From the NCBI GenBank assembly GCA_002291955.1, contig DBBA01000344.1:2109-48246 (forward strand): 46,138 bases of DNA, given 5' to 3'. The DNA is from Rhodobacteraceae bacterium UBA996. Its GTDB lineage: Bacteria > Pseudomonadota > Alphaproteobacteria > Rhodobacterales > Rhodobacteraceae. Shown here piece after piece: positions 39,802 through 46,138 of this stretch. A program made the translations under genes and the position numbers. The notes below the pieces were generated by a model, which did no database searches, was not told the DNA's origin, and worked only from the letters and a program-made list of their open reading frames with translations. The first letter of the stretch is position 1; each line of letters opens with the position of its first letter.

Positions 39802-42162
39802 ATGAGCGAAGGTATCGGCGCGCGCGTGAAGCGCAAGGAAGACAAGCGGTTCATCACCGGCAAGGGCAAGTACACCGACGACATCCGCATGGAGAACCAG
39901 GCCTACGCGGCCTTCGTCCGGTCTCCCCACGCGCATGCCCGCGTGAACGGCATCGACGCGTCGGACGCGGAAGGCATGGAGGGCGTGATTGCCGTCCTGA
40001 CCGGCGCGGAACTCAAGGCCGACGGGATCGGCAACCTGATCTGCGGCTGGGCGATCTCGTCCAAGGACGGCAGCCCGATGAACATGGGCCCGTGGTCGGC
40101 GCTGGCCACTGACCGGGTGCGCTATGTGGGCGACGCGGTGGCGGTGGTCATCGCCGAAAGTCCGACCCTCGCCCGCCGCGCGGCCGAAAAGGTCGCCGTG
40201 GACTACGAGGAACTGCCCGCCGTCGCGCACGCCGACAAGGCGCTCGCCAAGGGCGCGCCGCAGGTCCACGACAACGCGCCCGGCAACCTGATCTACGACT
40301 GGGGCATCGGCGAGGAAGCGGCGACGGACGCAGCACTGGCCGCGTCGGCGCATGTGACCGAGATGCACATCACCAACAACCGCCTGTCGCCCAACCCGAT
40401 GGAACCGCGGTCGGCGGTGGCGACCTTCGATGAGTCCGAGGATCACTACACCCTCTACACCACCAGCCAGAACCCGCATGTGGCCCGTCTGGTGCTGTCG
40501 GCCTTCTACAACGTGGCCCCCGAACACAAGCTGCGCGTGATCGCGCCCGACGTGGGCGGCGGCTTCGGGTCCAAGATCTACATCTACCCCGAGGAGATCA
40601 CCTGCCTCTGGGCGTCGATGAAGACGAAGCGCTCGGTCAAGTGGACGGCGGACCGGTCCGAAGCCTTCATGACCGACGCGCATGGCCGCGACCACATCAC
40701 GACCGCGAAGATGGGCTTCGACAAGGACGGCCGCATCACGGGCTTCAAGGTCGACACCATCGCCAACTTCGGCGCCTACATGTCGCTCTTCTCGTCCGCG
40801 GTGCCGACGTACCTGTACGCGACGCTGCTGTCGGGGCAGTACAACATCGCCAACATCTACGCCAACGTCCGCGCGGTCTACACCAACACCGTGCCGGTCG
40901 ATGCCTATCGCGGCGCGGGCCGCCCCGAGGCCTGCTACCTGATCGAGCGGATGATGGAGACGGCCGCGCGCGAGCTGGGGCTGGACGCGGCCGAACTGCG
41001 GCGGCGCAACTTCATCACCCAGTTCCCGCACCAGACGCCGGTGATCATGGCCTATGACGTGGGCGATTTCGGCGGCAACCTGGACAAGGCGCAGAAGGCC
41101 GCCAACGTCGCGGGCTTCCCCGCGCGCAAGGCCGAAGCCGCGCGTCGCGGCAAGCTGCGGGGCCTTGGGTATTCCTGCTATATCGAGGCCTGCGGCATCG
41201 CGCCCTCGGCGGCCGTCGGATCGCTGGGTGCGGGCGTCGGCCTGTGGGAATCGGCCGAAGTCCGGGTGAACCCCGTCGGCACCATCGAGATCCTCACCGG
41301 CAGCCACAGCCACGGCCAGGGCCACGAGACGACCTTTGCCCAGATCGTCGCCGACCGCTTCGGCGTGCCGATCAACAACGTGTCCATCGTGCACGGCGAC
41401 ACCGACAAGGTGCAGATGGGCATGGGCACCTACGGCTCGCGGTCGGGCGCGGTCGGCATGAGCGCCATCGTCAAGGCGATGGACAAGGTCGAGGCCAAGA
41501 TCCGCAAGATCGCCGCGCACCAGCTGGAAGCGTCCGAGGATGACATCGTCATCGAGGGCGGCGAGGTGAAGGTCGCGGGCACCGACAAGAAGATGGCCTG
41601 GCATGAGGTCGGCCTGGCCGCCTATACCGCCCACAACCTGCCTGCCGGCATGGAACCGGGTCTCAAGGAAGGCGCCTTCTACGACCCGGTCAACTTCACC
41701 TTCCCCGCCGGCTGCTACATCGCCGAGGTCGAGGTGGACCCCGACACGGGCGTGACCAAGATCGTCCAGTTCACGGCGGCCGACGATTTCGGCACGATCA
41801 TCAACCCCAACATCGTCGAGGGGCAGGTCCACGGCGGCGTGGCCCAGGGGATCGGGCAGGCGATGCTGGAGAGCGTGGTCTACACCGACGACGGGCAGCT
41901 TCTGACCGGGTCCTACATGGACTACGCGATGCCGCGGGCTGACGACGTGCCGTTCTACACGATCGAGCACAACACGACCGTCTGTCCGAACAATCCCCTC
42001 GGGATCAAGGGCTGCGGCGAGGCGGGCGCGATCGGCGCGCCGCCCGCGGTGATCAACGCGATCACCGATGCCATCGGGTCGAACGACCTGTCGATGCCCG
42101 CGACCCCCGCCCGGGTCTGGGCGGCGATCAGCGCCGCGCGTCCGCGCGTGGCGGCCGAGTAA
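39802..42162 (+). CDS. coxL: molybdopterin-binding large subunit, form II CoxL-like
   Basis: 786-aa xanthine dehydrogenase-family Mo subunit. The active-site loop reads AYRGAGR (40903-40923), which is the form II signature rather than the form I AYxCSFR. Confidence 0.9.
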   Translation: MSEGIGARVKRKEDKRFITGKGKYTDDIRMENQAYAAFVRSPHAHARVNGIDASDAEGMEGVIAVLTGAELKADGIGNLICGWAISSKDGSPMNMGPWSALATDRVRYVGDAVAVVIAESPTLARRAAEKVAVDYEELPAVAHADKALAKGAPQVHDNAPGNLIYDWGIGEEAATDAALAASAHVTEMHITNNRLSPNPMEPRSAVATFDESEDHYTLYTTSQNPHVARLVLSAFYNVAPEHKLRVIAPDVGGGFGSKIYIYPEEITCLWASMKTKRSVKWTADRSEAFMTDAHGRDHITTAKMGFDKDGRITGFKVDTIANFGAYMSLFSSAVPTYLYATLLSGQYNIANIYANVRAVYTNTVPVDAYRGAGRPEACYLIERMMETAARELGLDAAELRRRNFITQFPHQTPVIMAYDVGDFGGNLDKAQKAANVAGFPARKAEAARRGKLRGLGYSCYIEACGIAPSAAVGSLGAGVGLWESAEVRVNPVGTIEILTGSHSHGQGHETTFAQIVADRFGVPINNVSIVHGDTDKVQMGMGTYGSRSGAVGMSAIVKAMDKVEAKIRKIAAHQLEASEDDIVIEGGEVKVAGTDKKMAWHEVGLAAYTAHNLPAGMEPGLKEGAFYDPVNFTFPAGCYIAEVEVDPDTGVTKIVQFTAADDFGTIINPNIVEGQVHGGVAQGIGQAMLESVVYTDDGQLLTGSYMDYAMPRADDVPFYTIEHNTTVCPNNPLGIKGCGEAGAIGAPPAVINAITDAIGSNDLSMPATPARVWAAISAARPRVAAE

Positions 42163-42175
42163 GGGAGCGAGAGCC

Positions 42176-42976
42176 ATGTATGACGTCCACTACCACCGCC
42201 CCGCCACGCTGGATGACGCGCTGAACCTTCTGGCCGGCGCGGATGACGGCAAGATCCTGTCGGGCGGGCAGACGCTGCTGCCCACCATGAAGCAGCACCT
42301 GGCCGCGCCCACTGACCTGGTCGATGTCCGCCGCATCCCGGGGATGCGCGGCATCAAGGTCGAGGGTGGGCACCTGGTGATCGGGGCCGCCACGACGCAT
42401 GCCGAGGTCGCGGGCAGCGCCGAGGTCCGCCAGGACATCCCCTCGCTGGCGAGCCTCGCCAGCGGGATCGGCGACCCGGCGGTGCGCCACATGGGCACCA
42501 TCGGCGGGTCCATCGCGAACCACGACCCGGCGGCGGACTACCCCTCGGCGGTGCTCGCCCTGAACGGGATCGTGGTCACGAACCGGCGCCAGATCGCGGC
42601 GGATGACTTCTTCACCGGCCTGTTCTCGACCGCGCTCGAGGAAGGGGAGATCATCACCGCCGTCCGCTTTGCCCCGCCGAAACGGGGGGCCTATGCTAAG
42701 TTCCCCAACCCCGCGTCGCGGTATGCGATGGTGGGGGTCTATGTGGCCGACACGGCCTCGGGCGTGCGGGTGGCGGTTACCGGGGCGGGCGAGAACGGGG
42801 TGTTCCGGCATGGGGCGCTGGAGGCCGCGCTGGGCCGGAGCTTCACCCCGGCGGCGGTCGAGGGCGTGGCGACCCCGGCGGCAGGCCTTCTGTCCGACAT
42901 CCACGGCGATGCCGCCTATCGGGCGCATCTGGTGGGGGTGATGGCGAAACGGGCCGTCGCGGCGGCGCTGGGCTAG
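42176..42976 (+). CDS. coxM: FAD-binding medium subunit (CoxM-like)
   Basis: FAD-binding PCMH-type N-terminus (ILSGGQTLLP). It completes the S-L-M gene order typical of form II clusters. Confidence 0.88.
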   Translation: MYDVHYHRPATLDDALNLLAGADDGKILSGGQTLLPTMKQHLAAPTDLVDVRRIPGMRGIKVEGGHLVIGAATTHAEVAGSAEVRQDIPSLASLASGIGDPAVRHMGTIGGSIANHDPAADYPSAVLALNGIVVTNRRQIAADDFFTGLFSTALEEGEIITAVRFAPPKRGAYAKFPNPASRYAMVGVYVADTASGVRVAVTGAGENGVFRHGALEAALGRSFTPAAVEGVATPAAGLLSDIHGDAAYRAHLVGVMAKRAVAAALG

Positions 42977-42991
42977 GGGGCTTCCCCCCTT

Positions 42992-43025
42992 CGCGGTGCC
43001 GGTTCCGGCTGGCACCGCGGGTTTT
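42992..43025 (+). terminator. intrinsic terminator downstream of coxM
   Basis: 9-bp GC-rich stem CGCGGTGCC/GGCACCGCG with a 10-nt loop, followed by GGTTTT. Confidence 0.6.
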
Positions 43026-43042
43026 GTGCACATGTGCACAAA
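43023..43042. repeat. perfect 20-nt palindrome TTTGTGCACATGTGCACAAA (two abutting TGTGCACA units)
   Basis: Read directly from the sequence. Two further GTGTGCACG copies lie at 43074-43082 and 43101-43109. Confidence 0.85.
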
Positions 43043-43136
43043 CGGTCAAGCCGTTGGAATCGCTCAGGGATGGGTGTGCACGGTAGGGTTTGGTTTACCC
43101 GTGTGCACGCGGGGTTGACGGGGCGGGCGTTGCGGG

Positions 43137-43439
43137 TCAGTCGCCCCGGCCCAGGTGGCGCAGGGCGTCCATCGACCCGTGCAGGACGCGGATTACCCGC
43201 ACATGGTCATCCATGATCCGGTAGAACGCGACGTGCCGCCCGGTGACAAGACGGCGCAGCCCGGGCAGCAGGTCGGAACAGTCCGGACCGAGCCGAGGGT
43301 TACCTGCCAGCCGGTCGAGCGTCGCGGCGATCTGGTCGAGGTACGCGTCCGCCTGCGCGTCGCCCCATGTCGCTTGGGTCGTGTCCCAGATGCCGATCAG
43401 GTCGTCCCGCGCCGCGGCAGTCAGCCGGACCTCAGCCAC
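43137..43439 (-). CDS. parE: type II toxin ParE
   Basis: ParE/RelE-fold sequence (AARDDLIGIWDTT...GRHVAFYRIMDDHVRVIRVLHGSMD). The GTG start at 43439 overlaps the parD 3' end by 8 nt. Confidence 0.85.
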   Translation of the reverse strand: MAEVRLTAAARDDLIGIWDTTQATWGDAQADAYLDQIAATLDRLAGNPRLGPDCSDLLPGLRRLVTGRHVAFYRIMDDHVRVIRVLHGSMDALRHLGRGD

Positions 43440-43683
43440 CGCGCGCTGCCATGCGCCGCCGCGCCTCGGCCCGGATGTCGGCAAGGTCGAGGGGACCTGC
43501 GTCGGGCGACGCGTCGCCTTCCATCAGCGCCACACGCAGCCGGGCGCGCTGACCTTCCTGCTCCTCCAGCAGCCGCAGGGCCGCGCGCATGAGCTCGGAT
43601 GCCGAGGCATAGCGGCCTTCCTGCAGCATCAGTGCGATGAAGCGGTCCCAGTGGGGACCAAGGGTGACGCTGGTTCCGGCCAT
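43432..43683 (-). CDS. parD: type II antitoxin ParD (ribbon-helix-helix)
   Basis: SVTLGPHWDRFIALMLQEGRYASASELMRAALRLLEEQE matches the ParD/COG3609 pattern. AGGAG lies upstream of the ATG at 43683. Confidence 0.85.
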   Translation of the reverse strand: MAGTSVTLGPHWDRFIALMLQEGRYASASELMRAALRLLEEQEGQRARLRVALMEGDASPDAGPLDLADIRAEARRRMAARGG

Positions 43684-43700
43684 GCGGAGGCTCCTGTCGG

Positions 43701-43725
43701 TACGCATAGTTAGGATATGTGCGTA
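43701..43725 (-). promoter_or_regulatory. imperfect inverted repeat in the parD promoter region (possible ParD operator)
   Basis: TACGCATA...TATGTGCGTA (TACGCA/TGCGTA arms) lies 18-42 nt upstream of the parD start. Type II antitoxins usually autoregulate through such repeats. Confidence 0.35.
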
Positions 43726-44005
43726 GTGCGGGGTGGGTCAAGATTGGGGCGGGCGTGCGAGCACGCACCCTACGGCGCTTGGCCGACGGTGTTCCCCGCG
43801 CCAAGCGAGGGGCAGCCGCGTGAGCCACCCGGGCAGCGGAGGACCGCCTGACCGGCCAGCCGCTTGGGTGCCACCAGCGCGCCGAACGAGGTCGTCCGAC
43901 CTGACGCCACAAAGTGCAGATGCCCGGCGGAGCAGCGGCTGACCGCGGCCCCTTGAGGTGGGTGGTGGGTGGATTGCCCAACCTACGCCTGCTGACTGGA
44001 AACTC

Positions 44006-44413
44006 TTAGAGTCGATAGGGCTCAATAAATGCCTGCAGCTTCTTAGGAACGGAAGGCCAACTCCGTGTGCCGTCGATCCATGCTTTCGACCTCGTCCCTT
44101 CGAGCAGACCAGCGTTAACGATTTCTTGGCGCACGTCATCGTGGGGATAAAGAAACCACGCTTCGCCGTCGCGAAAGGCAATGTGAAGCCCACGACCAAG
44201 ATACTTCTGGTCGAAACTAAATCGACCCTTCAGCTGGATACGAAGGAATGTCGAACCATCAATATGCATGGCGATGAAGTCTGCACCAAGGAAGTCGTCA
44301 GACAACCTGATGCAGTTGAAGCCGTAGTCAGCCATTACCGATGCAACCTTGTGGAAGTTGTAGTTCTCTTGCTGCCGAGAGTTCAGCTTTGCGTAGTTAA
44401 TCCGCGCGAACAC
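44006..44413 (-). CDS. hypothetical protein in a low-GC islet, possible PD-(D/E)xK-fold nuclease
   Basis: GTG start with a perfect AGGAGG 7 nt upstream. Composition is clearly AT-richer than the flanks. The motif order E16...D(43)FIA...IQLK is compatible with a restriction-endonuclease-like fold. No family was recognised. Confidence 0.65.
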   Translation of the reverse strand: MFARINYAKLNSRQQENYNFHKVASVMADYGFNCIRLSDDFLGADFIAMHIDGSTFLRIQLKGRFSFDQKYLGRGLHIAFRDGEAWFLYPHDDVRQEIVNAGLLEGTRSKAWIDGTRSWPSVPKKLQAFIEPYRL

Positions 44414-44559
44414 GCCTCAGCCTCCTGTGTGAGAGTGGAAAGGACGCAAACTAAGGTCCGTCGTATTTCCCCATGCGGCCTCAGCCTCGGAGGACTACCT
44501 CAAACTAATAGTGTGGCGCTGATCACGTTTTCCGACGCCCGCCCCGCGGGCGTCGAGAT

Positions 44560-46138
44560 TCACATCCCCTCCAGTTCATCAATCATCCCGGCGATCACCG
44601 ACAGCCCCCGGTCCCAGAAGGCCGGGTCGCTCGCGTCCAGACCGAAGGGCTTTAGCAACTCGGAATGGTGCTTGGCCCCGCCCGCCCGCAGCATGTCGAA
44701 GTATTTCGCCTGGAACCCCGCGTCGCCGTCGCGGTAGACGGCGTAGAGCGCATTCACCAGCCCGTCGCCGAACGCATAGGCATAGACGTAGAACGGCGAG
44801 TGGACGAAGTGGGGGATGTAGGCCCAGAAGGTCTGGTAGCCGTCCATGAACTCGAACGCGGGGCCGAGGGATTCGCCCTGCACGCTCATCCACAATTCGC
44901 CGATCTGGTCGGGGGTCAGTTCGCCCCCGCGCCGGGCGGCGTGCAGCTTCACCTCGAAGTCGTAGAAGGCGATCTGGCGGACAACGGTGTTGATCATGTC
45001 CTCGACCTTGCCGGCCAGCAGGACCTTGCGTTCGGCCTGGTCCTTCGCCCCGTTGAGCAGGCGCTGGAAGGTCAGCATCTCGCCGAAGACGCTTGCGGTT
45101 TCGGCGAGCGTCAGGGGCGTGGAGGCGAGGAGTTCGCCCTGGCCCGCGGCGAGGCGCTGGTGCACGCCGTGGCCGAGTTCGTGGGCGAGCGTCATCACGT
45201 CGCGCGGCTTGCCGAGGTAGTTGAGCATGACGAAGGGGTGCGCGTCGGTGACGGTGGGGTGGGCGAAGGCGCCGGGGGCCTTGCCGGGCTTGACCCCTGC
45301 GTCGATCCAGCCCCGGTCGAAGAAGGGGCGCGCGAGGTCGGCGAGGGCAGGGTCGAAGGCGGCGTAGGCGGACAGGACGGTGTCCTGCGCCTCGGTCCAC
45401 GGCACCAGGCGGTCGGTCTCCATGGGGAGCGGCGCGTTGCGGTCCCAGACCTGGAGTTTCTCCAGCCCCAGCCAGCGCGCCTTGAGCGCGTAGTAGCGGT
45501 GCGAGAGGCGGGGGTAGGCGGCGACGACGGCGTTGCGCAGCGCCTCGACCACCTCGGGTTCGACGTGGTTGGACAGGTGGCGGCCGTAGGTGGCCGAGGG
45601 CATCTTGCGCCAGCGGTCCACGATCTCCTTCTCCTTGGCGAGCGTGTTGTGGACGCGGGCGAAGAGGGGGAGTTTGGCGGCGAAACCGCTGGCAAGCGCC
45701 CGGGCGCCGGATTCGCGGCGGCTGCGGTCCTGTTCGGTGAGGAGGTTGAGCGTGGCCTCGATCCCGAGGTCGTCGTCGCCGACGCGGAAGGTCATGGCGG
45801 CGATGGTCTCGTCAAACAGCTTGTTCCAGGCGGCGGCGCCGACGGTCGAGGTGTCGTGGAGGAAGCGTTCCAGTTCGTCCGACAGCTGGTGCGGGCGCAT
45901 GGCGCGCATGCGGTCGAAGATGGGGCGGTAGCGGGCGAGGTCCGCGTCGGCGAAGAGCGCGGTCAGGGCGGCGTCGTCGATGCGGTTGACCTCGAGCGAG
46001 AAGAAGACAAGGGGCGTGGTGGCGTCGGTCACGCGGTCCTGGGTGTCGGACATGAACTTGGCGCGGGCGGGGTCGGTGGTGAACTGGTAGTAGCGCAGGC
46101 CCGCGTAGGACATCAGGCGCCCGGCGGTCATGTCGATG
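44560..46138 (-). CDS. pepF: M3 family oligoendopeptidase F (N-terminus lies outside the window)
   Basis: HELGH zinc motif (LAHELGHGVHQ) and PepF-like length and sequence. The frame stays open to the window edge. Confidence 0.9.
   Translation of the reverse strand, partial: IDMTAGRLMSYAGLRYYQFTTDPARAKFMSDTQDRVTDATTPLVFFSLEVNRIDDAALTALFADADLARYRPIFDRMRAMRPHQLSDELERFLHDTSTVGAAAWNKLFDETIAAMTFRVGDDDLGIEATLNLLTEQDRSRRESGARALASGFAAKLPLFARVHNTLAKEKEIVDRWRKMPSATYGRHLSNHVEPEVVEALRNAVVAAYPRLSHRYYALKARWLGLEKLQVWDRNAPLPMETDRLVPWTEAQDTVLSAYAAFDPALADLARPFFDRGWIDAGVKPGKAPGAFAHPTVTDAHPFVMLNYLGKPRDVMTLAHELGHGVHQRLAAGQGELLASTPLTLAETASVFGEMLTFQRLLNGAKDQAERKVLLAGKVEDMINTVVRQIAFYDFEVKLHAARRGGELTPDQIGELWMSVQGESLGPAFEFMDGYQTFWAYIPHFVHSPFYVYAYAFGDGLVNALYAVYRDGDAGFQAKYFDMLRAGGAKHHSELLKPFGLDASDPAFWDRGLSVIAGMIDELEGM

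Noticed and set aside
43034-43216. 60-aa plus-strand ORF starting inside the TGTGCAC palindrome.
   Set aside because: It has no SD, its sequence is Arg/Gly-rich, and it runs antisense into parE. It is most likely a chance ORF.
43769-43981. Possible gene remnant between parD and the islet: a minus-strand frame of about 70 codons with roughly 80 % G/C at third positions. The ORF-track frames 43421-43981 and 43738-44199 were also considered.
   Set aside because: It has no usable start codon and no recognisable family. A GC3 of about 80 % is not decisive against a two-thirds G+C background. The listed ORFs overlap parD or the islet gene out of frame. This could be a decayed gene, but I cannot support a call.
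44533-44555. GC-rich hairpin CGACGCCCGC-ccc-GCGGGCGTCG just downstream of pepF, considered as its intrinsic terminator.
   Set aside because: On the pepF (minus) strand it is followed by GGAAAAC and not by a U-tract, so it does not fit a canonical intrinsic terminator. It may still be a stabilising 3' stem.
43958-44737. 259-aa plus-strand ORF spanning the low-GC islet and the 3' end of pepF.
   Set aside because: It is antisense to both the well-supported 135-aa gene (perfect SD) and pepF. It has no SD and the sequence is implausible.

Overview
High-GC (by eye about two-thirds G+C) chromosomal segment that looks alphaproteobacterial, probably Rhodobacterales-like. Support for that: LpxI is present, the SOS boxes have the GAAC-N7-GAAC form, and the gene order is pyrH-frr-uppS-cdsA-dxr-rseP-bamA-skp-fabZ-lpxA-lpxI-lpxB. 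The window is densely coding and mostly housekeeping. It holds an envelope/lipid A block (1-11.9 kb), an xdhC-hydrolase pair, and the cell-shape operon mreBCD-mrdA-rodA with a dehydrogenase coupled at its end. After that come an aldo/keto reductase, a split SOS mutagenesis cassette (imuA, then yceI and a frameshifted MFS gene, then imuB), and a MAPEG-YciI-ECF42-type sigma operon. The remainder is DUF2794, mtaB-dapF, tolC-pcm, an S8 subtilisin-like lipoprotein autotransporter, a form II CO-dehydrogenase-like cluster (moxR/coxD-vWA/coxE-coxS-coxL-coxM), and a truncated pepF. No rRNA, tRNA, CRISPR array or transposase was seen. The only clearly accessory DNA is about 1.5 kb between coxM and pepF. 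It contains an array of TGTGCAC motifs with a perfect 20-nt palindrome, a parDE toxin-antitoxin pair, and a low-GC islet with one orphan ORF that has a PD-(D/E)xK-like motif pattern. Other points worth a second look: the two separate LexA boxes with no dnaE2 downstream of imuB, a well-supported 41-codon ORF between rseP and bamA, lpxD missing from the lipid A cluster, a candidate ECF42 autoregulatory promoter, and a 1-nt frameshift in a poly-G tract of the MFS gene. All functional calls come from motif and family recognition by eye. No database search was run. I found no clearly novel multi-gene system; the coxM-pepF islet is the best candidate.
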